From positions 4,650,001-4,714,000 of the forward strand of contig OZ193910.1 of the NCBI GenBank assembly GCA_964276515.1: a stretch of 64,000 nt of DNA. The letters are read 5' to 3'. Source of the stretch: Gordius albopunctatus. Taxonomy: Eukaryota. Below, piece after piece: positions 22,550-37,130 of the stretch. Numbering within the stretch: position 1 is the stretch's first letter; each line of letters opens with the position of its first letter. The notes beneath the pieces were generated by a model. That model did not search any database. It was not told the DNA's origin and saw only the letters and a list, made by a program, of their open reading frames with translations. A program made the translations under genes and the position numbers.

Positions 22550-23125
22550 TTTTCTTTATTTTTAAGATGTTTACGTATTTTATTAGTAATTACATAATAA
22601 TAAACTTCTTATATATAAAATACGGATGAGATTAATATCTTATGTGGTTGGATAATGTAATGATTTTATAAAATTATAAAATATTATTTATCGAAATAAA
22701 ATCAAAATTCGCTGTTATAATGGGCATCAGATCATAAACGAAGCAGAGAGAGGCAGTCAGATAAAACAGCTCAAATTGTTTTTATGTTAAACAAAATATA
22801 TTTAAAATTAGGAAAACTGTTTTTACAATTACACTGGTCTACAAAAAAAATAACCGGGAAACGGGCAACATATTCTGATATAGTTTTTTGTGGTGAACAC
22901 AAATATGTCTTTCGTTTTTTTATACGTCAAGTTTTTTAGAGATCTCGATTCAAAGTTGCGAAAATGACCGTTTTTGACCCTTTTCGATGCTCAATAGAGC
23001 GATATTAAATGACTAAAAAAATTTTTAACCTCTAAGTGGTAGAACCAACTTAGGGTAAAACATTGAAAAATGATTTTTTCACCCTATTATTTTTACTTTT
23101 TAATATATATAGAATTTCAATTAGT

Positions 23126-23451
23126 CCCTATGCAAAGCGATATCCTTTGAGCCTCCCTCCCTCTCTATCTAATTGGGTTTATAACACTATACTCTTGGTG
23201 CATGTGAGTGATTGATGGATGATGTGTGGGTGTGGGTGCGTAAGAGTAATGGCGTAATACGAGCTATTCCTCTAGTAGAGGGGAGGATGACAGGTGTAGT
23301 AGTAGGAATAGTTCGTATTACGCCACTACTCTTACACCCACCACACTCATTAATCACTTATATGCACTAAGGGTATAGTGTTATATAAGTATATAAGCCA
23401 ATTAGATAGAGAGGGAGGGAGACTCAAAGGAAGCCGCGATTTTGCATAGGG
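23126..23451. repeat. Fold-back MITE with ~145-bp imperfect arms
   Basis: CCCTATGCAAA...TTTGCATAGGG ends; arms pair inward to CTATTCCT / AGGAATAG. Confidence 0.8.
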
Positions 23452-23454
23452 AAT

Positions 23455-23910
23455 CAGTTCGAATAATTAAACTAGTTAAATTAAGGTGTCTCGAGATTTT
23501 TGAGCACCCGTTTAACGATTTCAAAAGTACAATATAGTATTTAAGGACACCGTAATAGATTAAATCTAAAGTATGAATTTTCTAGAAGTTTTTATGCTTC
23601 AACTATATTCGATAAATAACTATGTAATGTCAAAGTTAGTTAGAATTGGAGGATAATTATTTGGAATATAAATTTGATTTTAATTATTTTTGTCATAAAT
23701 TTAAATACGAGCAATTTAAAGTTTAAAACCTCATATTCTTATTCCTATAATAATGGTGCTTTTATTGTTGTTTCTACTACCCGTTTTTATAGGTGCATCT
23801 AATTATCAATTCTGTACTTCATAATATTATCATTAAAAGTCACTCGCACATTGTGGTTTATAGCGCTACAGTAAACATGCAATAAACACTATGGGCTATA
23901 ATTGATGATG
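23455..23910. repeat. Dispersed repeat, inverted relative to about 59990-60600
   Basis: Reverse-complement blocks such as TTAAGGTGTCTCGAGATTTTTGAGCACC versus GGTGCTCAAAAAATGTCGAGCCACCTTAG. Confidence 0.6.
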
Positions 23911-24067
23911 GTACTAATGGACTTAAATTTTTGCCTTAAATATGTTAAAGTCTACTTTGAAGCTTTAGCCAGGGTTAATTTGTGCCACTAAGTCAACTAT
24001 AACCTATTTATTATTATCTAAGTCTATATAGTTGACAAACACAGTGATTTGATACAAATGTTATAAT

Positions 24068-24431
24068 TTGCTAGAACAATAAAATTGATTTTTATATACT
24101 TCAAATTTATTTATAGTTTTTTAGTCTGCACTTTCCATAGAAAATGTTATTTTTTTGAATGAATTCATATCTTTATATTGACAATGATATGTCGTGTCGC
24201 GCTAAATCCTTAAAAAGTTTGTGTTTTAAAGTTTATAAAAAATATAAATATTTGCCATTTTAATTTTTAACACTTATTTAATATTTTTAATAAAACAGGA
24301 GAAATTTTTATTCGGTATATTTTTTTTAAAGTCGATACGAGACGAGATCGAGATTTTTCTAGACCGAGATTTTCATAATCGCTCCCGAGACGAGATTTTG
24401 TTTTCGAGACCGAGACGAGATCGAAACACTA
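24068..24431. mobile_element. hAT-type MITE end with GAGACGAGA subterminal repeats (inverse of about 57319-57710)
   Basis: Ends TCGAAACACTA; the other copy starts TAGTGTTTCGATCTCG. Confidence 0.6.
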
Positions 24432-26061
24432 TAGACGATTTGATAAAACAAGCCAATTTTGCAGAGATATTATAGCATAAACTGATTTAATTAAATCTAA
24501 ACTAACTAATTTGGTTTGTACAGAATTATATAACTGCTAGGGGTCACCATGACCCCACCTAACCTACAGAATGTTAAAGCTGCCCAACTCGAAATGAGAT
24601 TTTTAGCCATTAATTTCATACTATTTTCCAAATATCTCGTTTTTTGGAGAAGAATTACGATTAAGCAAAATAATACAATGTATAAAAAATCTTATTCAGC
24701 CCGAATCTAACTATGGTAAAAGTAGGCCCCGCTTATCTTGTTGTAGATGCCTTTACGCTTATGCAAATAAGTGAGAGAAATAAGGCTTAAAAAATTGGTG
24801 TGCGAGTAAAATATTCGGTAAACGAATATGCAAATGGCTGGCCTCAAGTTAGTGGAGACGTGCAGTATATCGAACTGTCGGGAAGCATCCCTCATTCAAA
24901 TGAGGAGGGCATCGACACGGTTTAAATAGTGGGCATTTTGCCATGATATGATCAGTTATTTAATTTGTTATTTAGTCCTGCGGAAGCAGTTATTTGTTAG
25001 TTTTCTACTCGTTAGTCGTGTGGGCGGGAGGAATATTTTATTTCCAAATTTAGATCACGTTGGTCCAACGGTAGCATTAACGAAGAACCAAACGGCCCCC
25101 CTTGCCAACACCTCCAATTACTCGTAGAGGGCACTAATTCTAACAGATGGATCTCACGGCAATTTCTCCAAGGCCATCCTCTAATCCATACATTTATATA
25201 TCGAAAATCATTGTCGGATTCTTTATGGATTTATATTGTTATAACCCGGTTGTACAAATTGAATTTATTAGAATAAAGGATTTAAAACGAGAAGTTGCGG
25301 TTATAAAACTTGTATCTGATGATAATTTTTTGTTAATATGTAAAAATTCCTTGGGGTCATGAGTGACTGCGGCTTCCCGTGAATAGAGAGTTGGCTACTT
25401 CTCTGTCAAAAATTTATTTGTTGAGTTATTTATATTTTTCCACTTTCCTTCTGCCCATAGAAGAGATTAGGTGGAGGAAGCAATTAGATTTAGCAAATAT
25501 ATCCATTTAAAGCCCCCCCTCGCTTATATCTATATCATATGATATGACTTTTATCCTAGGAAATTTCCCCCCTAAATTTTACACATATTTGCATGGACAC
25601 AAAATGTATAACGAAATTGTGAAAAAGAAAACATTTTGGGCTGAAATTTGCTTGGAACTGATTTTGGGCCAAGTTTGAGGCTTAAATGATGGATTTGAAT
25701 AATTTTGCTCATAATGCTAGTGCTCAGTATAATAAATGAAACAAAGCTTCAATGTAATTAAACTAATAAAAGTTAATAGTAATAATTCAATTTAAGGTTT
25801 TTAGGCATATGGTAAATGTTACAATTTATCATAATACATCCCATTCAAAAATGAAAAGGCCTTAAGTATGTTATTGATACAAAATAAATATTTTTTAACA
25901 AATTTGCTTAATTTTAAAACTTATTAAAGATTTAAATTTTTTTTTATAAATTTAATACCCTAATTTCAAGCATAATGGCCCTTTATCACATCATGTTATG
26001 CAAATAATTGAACAAATGAACACGTATTATTTACAAAAAAAACAATATATAATGCACAAGT

Positions 26062-27288
26062 TTAGCCCAATTTGGCTTTAGAAAAATCCATTTCAGGATG
26101 CTGGGCCATAAACTTGTTCAGCATCTCTCGTTTTTTGGCCTCTTCAGAAGTTGGTAATCCCATTTCCTTTTGCCTCTGATCGTACATCATTTTTTCTACC
26201 ATTGAGCGGGTTTCACCATCCAAATCTGAAAGCTTAGAATTCTCTGGAACTACTTTTTTTGTGTCAATTTCATATATATCATTTGTTACTAGCTTTGACC
26301 ACCATTCCATTTGGTTCACCTTTTCCAAGGTCACCTATATTGCAAAAATAGAAAAACTAGCACATGCATTAATGATATATTAATTTAATATAGGTGGCCA
26401 TAGAATATACCTGAACAATAGACCCATCTGTAAGTAGCCAAGTAGATTCCTCAACCTTAATTCTATGTTGGAGTTGACCTGATAAAATGGGTTCTTGGAT
26501 TCCCTTTAAACAAATTTCCAAGTAGAGTTGTTCAATTTTCACGCTCACATCTTTACTCTTTAATTTTATCGATGGATTAGGTAAGTATTTAGCCAAAGGA
26601 ACTCTCAATTCTAATTCTGAAAGTGTTTGGACCCATTTATAAGTTGGTAAATCAGCTCCATTTCCAGTATTTGGTTTAATTTTCCCTGTAATTAAATAAA
26701 TTTATAACAAATATTGAAAAAAAATCTAAAAACATATTATAGGTCTTTATAAAGTTAAAAGTAAAATAATTTATACCTTCTTCTAAATCATCTTCCTTTT
26801 CATTTTCTTTCACATTTTGACTTTCCTGGTTGACTTTAACATCAGAAGCTTCATCAGATGATTGTGACTTTTGGTTTTTTGCAGCAATATCATCCTTTAA
26901 TTGCTGTGCCTCTTCATCTGTCAATTCCTACATAATATTTAATAAAAATGTTACACTTCATTACTTTAATCTTTGGTTCATTTGAAGCCTTAGGTTTGCT
27001 AACTTTTGTATCATTGTACCCATTAACTTTTTCTGTATTTTTTAATTCTTTAATTTTCTTATCTTTAACAAATTTTCCCCATTTATTATATGCTTCCAAT
27101 ATAAGTTCTTTTGGTTTATCTTTGTCAATCTCTTTGTCATTTGATTTGTTTAGTGATGAAATAACTGGAGCAAAAAAATCTGTTTTGCGAGCCAAAAAAC
27201 TAAAGAAAATATCCAATAGTCCATGTATTCCATTTTCCTGCTCTTGAGCAATATGAAGTAATAGGGTGTCAAATTTTTCTTCTGCCAT
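26062..27288 (-). CDS. NUDC: Nuclear migration protein NudC; exons 27288-26965, 26927-26777, 26685-26411, 26334-26062
   Basis: [79 protein letters not shown]; in-phase GT-AG introns. Confidence 0.96.
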
Positions 27289-30200
27289 AAGGTTGTCTAT
27301 AATATAAAATTTTCTTTTTAATATGCAAATTTGAAATTTTACCTGTAACAATCGTGGCTTAGGTTAAACGATCAAAATTTTGGACAAGATAAGAATTTAA
27401 TTTTTATTTAGTCAATGTATAACAAAGTGCGGCCTAGTGATGTTATGGAGCGCGCGATTTTACAGACCCACCTTAATAGAAAGAAAGAGACTAAGAAGCC
27501 ACACCCTTATAAAGGCCCATCGTAAGACGCGCTTGCCTAATGTAAGGTCCCTTTTTTTACTATTTCCCTCCCCCATGGTCTTAAATTGTAGAAAATAGAA
27601 CCGCCACATGTGCCATTACATTAGCTATTAACCATCACATTGATTAAACAAATAAGGCATGGAGGGAGCGGGTACTTTGTACTATTTACTTTCCTTTAAC
27701 AAAAAATAGCAACATTGTGTATAAATCAGTGGCGTAATTGAGGGGGGGAAATTCCTGAAATGTTTTTTGATTAATAATTAAATTAAATAGGTTAAATATT
27801 ATAGTTTAGTGTAGAGAAAAAGTTTGAGTTGCTTTATTCAAATTGCCTAGGTAACCATATTAGTTACATCAAAGACTTCAAGACACTTATAAAAACCTAG
27901 AAACATAAGAAGGATTTTTGAAGGAGGGGGTTATAAAATTTTCACAATTCGATTTTCTTATAACTATTTTATCGGATAAAAATATTTTTTTCTTATGGTA
28001 GCCTGCCCCACCCCTTAACCGATTGGGTCCAGCAGCGAGCCCGACTTGTTGGTTGTTTAATTTTTATTTTTAATTACAAATAGAATGTAATAAAATTTTT
28101 GCCAGCTTCCCCCACCCTCTGGAAATGTTTATTTGATTCTATATTTTTATATTGCCTAACCTATTCCACGAATACTTATCGGAAATGAAACAAGGATAAT
28201 TTGGCGTTAAAAATAAAATTTTAAAAAATAAATACCACACAGAACAAAGTCTTTGATTTAATATTAGTACACTTTATAGATAGGATAGCTTAAATTAACA
28301 AGTTTGACTGCACTGCACGCACAACAGCACACATCTTGTTGATGATGATGACAATAACAACTAGCTAATTAAACCCCCTTAGCATATATCTAATGGTCCA
28401 TCGGGTCTCTATGAAAAAATAATAGACTAGCTAATGGTCGGTATTCAACACACCCACACTGAATGTGTTCACCAGAAAAGGAGACTAACAGTGTGGGTGT
28501 GGCTCTTTTTCTTAAGAGTCTAGTGTTGTGACGGGTGCGCTACCTGGTGGCATATTTCTAAGGTATAAAACCCGTTGCTTAAACGTTCTCCTACCGAGCG
28601 AAAGAAAACAACGCGTCCACTATGGTTAATTTATGCTTTTTTTTGTTTACAAATAAAGAAAAAGCAGTGCGCCAATTTTAAAAATCATATTTTCTCGATT
28701 TTTCCATTAAGGTGAGGAAATAACTGAATATTGCATTATTTGCCTTGGAACTATGTAATGAAAGGTGGAGGAAAACCAAGCTAACTTTAATGTCTATTCA
28801 ATTAGAAATATCTTTAATTGATATCCCTAAAAAACTCACTATTAGGCAGTCTCTTTTTAAAATTCTCTATTATAATCTAGACTTAATATTTACTTTTTAA
28901 AATTCTCTACTACCTTCTTGACTTTATATTTACACATCTCTATGAGAATTGAGTAGGCAAGAAATAAAATTTTGTTAAGTGTCTTATATATTGCATTTAT
29001 TCTAAACTTATAGAATCCACAAAAATCTTGATGAAAATAAAGTAATTCAGAACTTTAAGGACTTGTTGTTATTAATTTATTTAACACCGAACATTTATAA
29101 TCAGGAGTATAAAAATTATTAAACTTTGTGTATATGTATGTGTTAGAAGTTTATAAAGTGTTGAGAAAATCGATAATCATTATTTCTGGAACATTTTAGT
29201 TTTTTTGTAGAAGATCGATAATTTTCTTGGAATATCTAAAATAGATATTAGTTTCTAGGAAGGAATATCGATTGACGTCATAGAGCGCGATCTTTTCCGG
29301 AAACTCCACTACAGAACTTATATCATAACGATTTTTTGGAATATCAATTTAGCAAAATTTTTGTTTAAATACAATTTTTAATATCTTTACTATTCTAAAT
29401 TATGGACAAATGCTAATATTATCAAATATTAAGTTAAAAGCATTCAACATTGTAGTCTGGAAACTCCATATTTATTAATTAGAACAAATGGTAAAGCATT
29501 CGTTAAAGCTGTCTCTTTTTCAGAAATATTAGCTAAGAATCTAAATGAATATATTTTAAAAATTAATACATTTGTGCATAATTTTAATGAATCCCAGGCA
29601 AGTTGTTTTTAGAAATGGGCATATATTGGTGTACAAAATAAATTAAAAAATACCAACATTTTATTATTAACCTCTCTTGAATTGTGGTAGTATGTCTATA
29701 CTTTTTAATTTATTGAAATATTCCTGAAAAATTGCATTTATGTTTTAAATATCTATAATTTATAATAAACCCACAATAATAATATAATACTTCTAATAGA
29801 AGGCTAATTACTAAAATCATTACCTAAGAATAATTAAATTTTGTACAGGCACTTTAAATTAATCAACACAAAGTTCCCAGAGATTGGTTAAACCTTCTTC
29901 TCTTCTTCTTTATCAGTTATTTGGTCCCACATAGGTAGGGTTTGTTTTGATAAGTTTCTTCCATCTTGAGCGGGTGAGTGCCATGTCTTGACTAATCTCT
30001 TTAATTTCCATAACTTTATCGACTTGCCCTTTCCACGTGACACGGGATCGTCCTCTTCCTCTCTTTCCCGGTACCTCCATGTCCAGTACTTTTCGATTTA
30101 CGTCATTCGTGTCCCTTCGTAGTATAGGTCCATACCACCTTAGCCGATTTTCATTAACCATGTCCGCCATAGGTTGAATACGCATTTTTGTCACGAGAAA

Positions 30201-30731
30201 GTCATTAGTCATATGGTCGAGCTCAGGGGTTTGAACCCGCCCAAAATAAAATTGGGTTCGTGTTCGGTTTAAGGAATTGGGTTCGGGTTCGGGTACAGGT
30301 TCAAGAAATTTTATTATACTAATAATACATTTTTACCTTCAAAAAATTATTGAATAGTTAACTTAATTTTTAAATAGCACCTAATTAAATTCACATGCCA
30401 ATTATTTCATCTTATTGTGCATATGTATTTATTGAATTTTTAATGTTCTAATTTATTTTTGGATTTAAAAGCAATAAAAATATAATTAATAAAATCCATA
30501 CCATATTCTAAATTATACAAAAACATTTTTATTCAACTTATACTTCACATCATGAAATATAAATACAGTTGACACATAAATTATGTATATAATTTTGATA
30601 TATTATTTAATCTTACAATTAAAACATCTTCTAATATTTGATAAGTCATTTGTGATCGATAATTTGATAGAATAAATTTGAATGAGGAAATAGCTCTTTC
30701 CACGCTAACTTGGGTAGGTGGAACAACTAAT

Positions 30732-32163
30732 CAGAGACCAGAAATGCCGAGCCGGGCGTGCCGGGCAACTGCCTTAAATTTTAATTTTCGGGCGGGCCCG
30801 GGCGGGCACGCTGATAAGATTTGGGCAATTCGGGCATGCCCAAAATTTTATCAAATTAATTTTCCTTGAAAAAAGAAAAATTCGCTTATAAACAATTTTT
30901 GGCCATAATAAATTTGACTAGATTTTTTTTCGTCGCTTAAATCTTCATTTATATAATGTCCCAATTTCAATTTCTTCAAAATTAAATTTTATTTCGAATA
31001 AATTAGTTTAACTGGTTTGTCTCAAGATCAAAAATTTTTAATTTTCAGATTATATTATAAAAGAATAAAATCACAACGATTTAAACTGCCATGGGCGTAG
31101 ACAGGGGGGGGGGGCAGAAAGGGGCAGCTGCCCCCCTCGAAACTCAAAAATTTGTTAAAATGTATTAAAATTATGTCTAAATTTTTAAAATATGATCATT
31201 TTGCCCCTCCCTAAATCATTATTGCCCCCTCTAATTTTAATGCTGGCTACGCCCTTGTAAACTGCTACTCTAATCTAATACTATGGAAGAAACCATTTTA
31301 CTCTCTGGTAGTAAATTATTTTATTACATTTTTATCGCGTTCAGTTAAATCTTTGCCCTATTTCATTATGGAAAGGATTGGATTGTTTATATTTATGTAG
31401 TAGCCAAAGCCATTTCATTGTTCGCAATACACTACACATGTGTGCCGTCTAGACTTAAAACAAAGGCTCATGCCATTTTCTAACAATGCGCATAATTGTA
31501 ATTCATTTAATTTCTTAACAACTAAAAAAACACGGTGGAAAAATAAAGCAAACAAGTCACATTAAAGTTATTAAAAATTATAAATATTTTAGGTATCCTA
31601 AATTAGCAAGGTTTAAAAAAATACTCTTTGCCATCCCGGCGACGAGTGCTGCTAGTGAAAGAAGTTTTTCTATCGCAGGAAGATTAATAGAGGAAAGACG
31701 CACAAGATTATCCCCAGAAATTGTCGACGATATGAATAATAAAATATTGTTATCTTTGTTTGGATCAATATGCCATTGCTTATTTTGTAATAGTGGCTAA
31801 AGATTTTGGGATTGGATAATTTCGGGTCTACTGGGAAAATTTCATTAATCAGGTCGGGCAGCTCTAATGGTTTGTGGCTGAGCCGACACTTAGAAGGGTA
31901 TAGGCAGGCGATTTAGTTAAAATAGGACCGGGCCGGGTTCGGGCAGAAAAATTTAAACGACTCCGACCTCTTTTTGGGACCTCATAAATTCGGGACTAAC
32001 TGGCAAATTTAATATTTCGGGCCGAGCAATTCGGGAGCTTTAACGTATCGGGTGGGCCCCGGCGGACACTTATATGGTTCGGGCGGGCCCGGGCGGACAA
32101 TGAAGGTAAAAAATTTAGTCGGGCCGGGTTCGGGCAGAAAATTCCCAACAAATCTGACCTCTG
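30732..32163 (+). mobile_element. Second hAT nested in the first
   Basis: CAGAGACCAGA / TCTGACCTCTG ends; imperfect TSD CAACTAAT / TAGCTAAT; AIPATSAASERSFSIAG at about 31630-31680. Confidence 0.8.
31090..31257. mobile_element. G/C-tract MITE nested in the second hAT
   Basis: CATGGGCGTAG / CTACGCCCTTG TIRs; perfect TSD TAAACTGC. Confidence 0.85.
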
Positions 32164-35100
32164 TAGCTAATACAACCTGGGCTAACTGATAAATCTTGGG
32201 ATGTTCATGTTTATTTTTCTCCCAAAATTCTAATACGTTCTCATCTAGTACAATTCTATTTTGATCTAAGAACAATGTCATGAGAGAACCTATACTTTTT
32301 CCTGCACTTTTAACATTTTCCATATTAATAGTTTTACTTTGTTCTTTCATTCTTAAAAGCTTCTCAAGCTTATCCGTTTTATCAGGCAATGATAATTGTA
32401 TTTTATCACTAGAATCCTTACAGCCATTCTTTAATACCTCAACTTCCGCCAAATATTTAGTAAATGTATTTATTCAATTCACAATATATTTTTGAATTAA
32501 AAACCCGAACCCGGGTTTTACCCGGTTCGGGTTCAGGGGTTCGGGACAAACCCCTGGTCGTGCTTAGTATACCCCAAGCTCCACCGTATCATTCTCATCT
32601 CTGTGCCTTGTAATAGCTTTAATTCCGTGATTTTTAATGCCCTTGTTTCACTTCCATAGAGTAACACCATCTTACGATGGATTTGTAAGCTTTGCTCTTA
32701 AACCATATTGGCATTTTCTTGTCGCACATTACACCGGATATACTTCGCCGTTTAGGCCATTCTTTTTGGATCCAGGTATTGACTTCTGTTGCGCAACCTC
32801 CCTCTTGATGTGACATCGAGCCGAGGTATGTGAACCTGTCTACTTTTGGGTACTTTAGATGGTTATCCATCGATGGGGTGCCTGTACCGTTCATTTCCAT
32901 GTATACCGTTTTTCTATCGTTGACCTTTAAACCATATCCAGCTAAGCGTTTTGACCATTTTTCGGCTTCTTCGAATACTTTCTCCCTTGTTTCCTCGCAT
33001 AGTATTATATCATCGGCATATAGCATACACCATGGCGAAGGCTTTTGAACGTTCCTCGTTGTCGTGTCTATAATTATATTAAATAAAAAGGGACTTAAAG
33101 CAGAGCCTTGATGTAATCCAATATAAACCCGAAAAGGTCTAGAGTCTCCAACTGTCCTCCTAACGCAAGAGTTTGAAGCTTCATAAATATTTTTGCATGA
33201 GCCATATATATGCGTCAGGGATATTTTCATATTAAATCGCGGGGGAGGGTGTCATAAGCTTTCTCAAAGTCGATGAAAACCATATGTAGGTCTTTCCTCT
33301 TTTCACCATACTCATCCATGATTTGTCTTAGGGCGAAGATTGGGTTGATTGTGGATTTGCCAGCCACGAATCCGAATTGATTCGCCGATATTTCCACCTC
33401 GTTTTTCAGCCTTGTTACTAAGATCCTTTCCACAAGCTTCAAGGAGTGGCAAGTAAGCTTGATACCTCTGTAATTGCCGCAGTCCTGAGGGTCTCCTTTG
33501 CCTTTAAATAAGGGTATAATCGTGCTGTCCGCTCTTCTAGGAGGTTCGTCATGGTGGTGACTCCTTCTTCACGACATCCGAGCAATGCTTCCATAGGTAT
33601 TCCATCTGGGCCATTTGCTTTTCCTTTTTGCATCTAGTTCATTTGTGTCCTAACTTCATCCTCCTGAAAGAGTTCGACCATACTTATATTTGGCTCAATT
33701 TCGGAAAGGGAATCCTTGTCATTTGCAATATTAATAAGTTTCTTAAAATATCGTTTCCACCTTTATCATCACTTCTTTCGGCTTGCATAAGGTTTGACCC
33801 TTCTCGCTTTTGATTATTTTAAGAACTCCGACATCGCGAATTCTCTTCTCCCTTATCTTGGCCAATTTGTACATAAGCCTATCGCCCCCCTTTATGATCC
33901 AGTTTGTTTGCCATCTCGGTGTACGCGGAATTCTTCGCTTTTGCAACGGCCTTTTTGCGGCCCTCTTTGCGTACCTGTACTCTTGATAATCCTCCGACTT
34001 TTTTTGATTTATGCTACCGTCTATCTATATAGATTTTTCTTTCTTTCAATGAAATCTTTAACCGATTGATCCCACCACCATAGTTCCCTATTGATAGCTT
34101 TGCCTCCTTTGGTCTGTCCTAAAACACGGATCGCTGTTTCGTTAATGTCCTTAGATAGCGTCTCCCAATCGTCTTCTACGTCCCTTTGCAACTTCCTTGC
34201 ACCCAAAAGTGAGGAGGCTTTTTGATGATATTCTTTGTTCGTGGACGTATCCTTTAGCCTTTCGTATCGAATTCGAGAATTCGAGGTTCATAGACCTTTC
34301 TTCTTTCGGGAAATACTCTTCTGCCAAGATCCATAACAAGGCGACGATGTTGCCTGCCGATTTCTTCTCCCGGTATTACTTTGCAATTCTTGATACTCCA
34401 TAAGTCCTTTCGCCGTATAAGCAAATAGTCGATTTGACTAAAATTCTTCCCACTTCTATAGGTCACAATATGATCTTCGCGCTTTTGAAAATAGGTGTTA
34501 ACGATCGCCATGTCATATGGTTGGGATACTTAGAGAAGTTTTTCCCCTTCTTTGTTCTTCAGACCATGCCCATAGCCTCCATAATTACGTTCATACCCGA
34601 GGCAATCTTTCCCAAGGTGAGCGTTGAAATCTGCCCCAATAATTAGCCTTTATTCCTGTCCTATTCCTTGTATTTCCTTTTCCAATCGAAGAATATGTCT
34701 TTCTCTGATTCCAAACATCTAATTTGGGAACATACGCGCACATAACGGTTAGGAGGCCCCCTTGATCTGCAATCTTCACCCACATTAGCCTGTCGGAACA
34801 ACGCTTGACTTCCACCACCTTGTCTTTGAACGATTTGCTTAGAACGATACCGACCCCGTTTCTACGATTTGGTGACCCACTGTAGAAAAGCTTGTATCCT
34901 TCTCCTAATTCCCGAGCTTTTGTTCCGTTCCACCTCGTCTCTTGTAGGCAGGCGATGTGTACCTTTCTTCTTTTTAGCTTCTGTGCGACCTCGTTGCTCT
35001 TCCTCGCCAACGTTCCCACATTCCAGCACGTAATTCGAACCTTTTCACAACTAGTTTCCTTATCCGCCTTCGTTGTGAGTTATTCAGTAACTCTAGTGTA

Positions 35101-36613
35101 TTTTTCACATTGCATACCTTCAAAAAATTAATTTCCATTTTCTTCGCCCTAAGATTTCATACAATGATGAGTATAAAATGTACTTAAAATAGGATATTGC
35201 ATAATAAAATTATCACCTAAAATAATTTAAATACTAATAGCTTTTAGTTACTCAACATAAGTTTTTATAACTATCAGGGAAATTAGAATTCATGGCTTTT
35301 AACTTTGAAAAAATTGAATGGTCATATTAAATGCCAACATAATATCCCTAATAACTCAATGCATCTATTATTAATCTGGTTGAATTTTTGAGTGTGTTTT
35401 TGAGGGTTATCAATTAAAGATATTTCTAATTGATTAGACATTAAAGTTATAAGCTTGGTTTTTATCCACCTTTCATAACATAGTTTAAAGGCAAATAACG
35501 CAATGTTCAGGTATTTATTCACCTTAATGGAAAAATCAAGAAAATATGATTTTTAACTAATTTGTCTACAAAAAATTAACCGCAAAAGTTTGAGGTTTAT
35601 GATTAAATTATTTCGATAGAGAATTTAGTAGGAACAAAATGCACCAAAATTTGAGTGAATAACGCAATTACTTTCAAAAATATGAAAAAAATAGTAAAAT
35701 CCATTTTGGCCCTTTAAACGTCCATAACTTAAATGATGGCTAAAATTTTCAGAAATAACTCTAATAAATGAGGCCTACACCCTCACCAAAAATTATCCTG
35801 ATTTCAGATGGTTGGTGGAAAATCGTCTTTTTCTACGAATCGACGTGGAATGGCCCATATATCATTTAGATATTACAACTATTTAATATATATATTTGTG
35901 GTGTATTCTAACATATGCCATCCCTTTCCTTACAAGCTAATTCGCCAATCATGCAGATGACCTGACAGGTATGTCGCAGCTAAAGGGGTAATCAAATGTT
36001 CCCAACGGTCGTAACGGATAGCCTGATCAGCATTTGTTTCACGTTGCCTATGTCTACACATTCGTAATTTATGCCATCGCTGTGCACCCAGCCTGGGGGC
36101 TGTTTATTTATACGATCCACATCCACCACCAGTTGTTCCTTGCACCAGGATGATATTAATTTCAATAAATAAAATAGTGAAACACTTTAGCATTACTGCT
36201 CCATAGGCCTAACTCTAAATTTTTCTAATCTCTAACGACTTATTATAAATTTTAATTTTAATGGTCAATTACTCTAGACTACACCCCTATATAATTTTTG
36301 ACGCAACCAAATAATTAATTATATATTTAGTCCTAAGTTACTATACCATTATATTACTATCAAGAATAAAATCAGGCAAAAAACGTAACTTATTATTACA
36401 AAGTTCCACATCCTCTGTGTTAACCGACGTGGCGCGGTATCATTAAATGCAACCACTACAAGGTGGATACACCTGTGTATGGTCAATCGCCAAAATATAC
36501 AGAGAGACTCAAACTTTATGAATATTAATTAAATTTCACAATTATAAAAACCAAGTTATAGACCATGAAATTTTTCAATAACTGCCACAAATATTGTTCA
36601 TATATATCTAATA

Positions 36614-37130
36614 CTAGATGACCCTGGCAAACGTTGTTTTGCCATTTACCCGGGTATATTAAATAAAGATTTAGAAATATTTTCTCTCAGTTTTGGTCTT
36701 GTATATAATGGCATTTAATTAAACGTCTTAACATTATTAAATTTGATTGTTGTCACAATTAAAAAAATGATGACATTTTATGATAGATTATTTATATTTT
36801 TGCATTTTGCAGTATCACTGTATAACGTCATGAAGTTGCGTATGATTGACATGACATTTTATTAAGTGATTACCGCATTTTACAGTATCCTGTATGACGT
36901 CATTGACATTTTATTAAATGATTGCCGCATTTTACAGTATACCGTATGACGTCTTTATTAAGTGCTAAAACGTATAAAACAAAAAAACCTGACCCCTTGA
37001 AAACTATTTGACCGATTTGGCTCGTACAAATCTTAAAACATGCTCCTGAGTGTCAGGAATAAATTGTGAAAGGCAAATCGGTCTGGTAGTTTTCCAAAAT
37101 TGGTGGTGGCATACATACACACATAGTTTA
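36614..37130 (-). mobile_element. Helitron-family copy (reverse)
   Basis: CTAG plus hairpin at 36614-36645; body is the reverse complement of 52071-52529. Confidence 0.75.

Larger units (their letters stand above)
30224..32556 (-). mobile_element. Non-autonomous hAT inserted in the RTE
   Basis: TIR CAGGGGTTTG / CAAACCCCTG; TSD GTCGAGCT / GTCGTGCT; split dimerization domain HPKIYQLAQVVLA + VPPTQVSVERA. Confidence 0.88.
29893..35060 (-). mobile_element. Near full-length decayed RTE LINE (APE endonuclease plus RT), interrupted by nested hAT elements
   Basis: [52 protein letters not shown]-type tail near 29893-29910. Confidence 0.92.

Noticed and set aside
24700..25450. Possible LINE 3' remnant (HIMAKCP knuckle-like motif on the minus strand)
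   Set aside because: Too decayed to classify or delimit.
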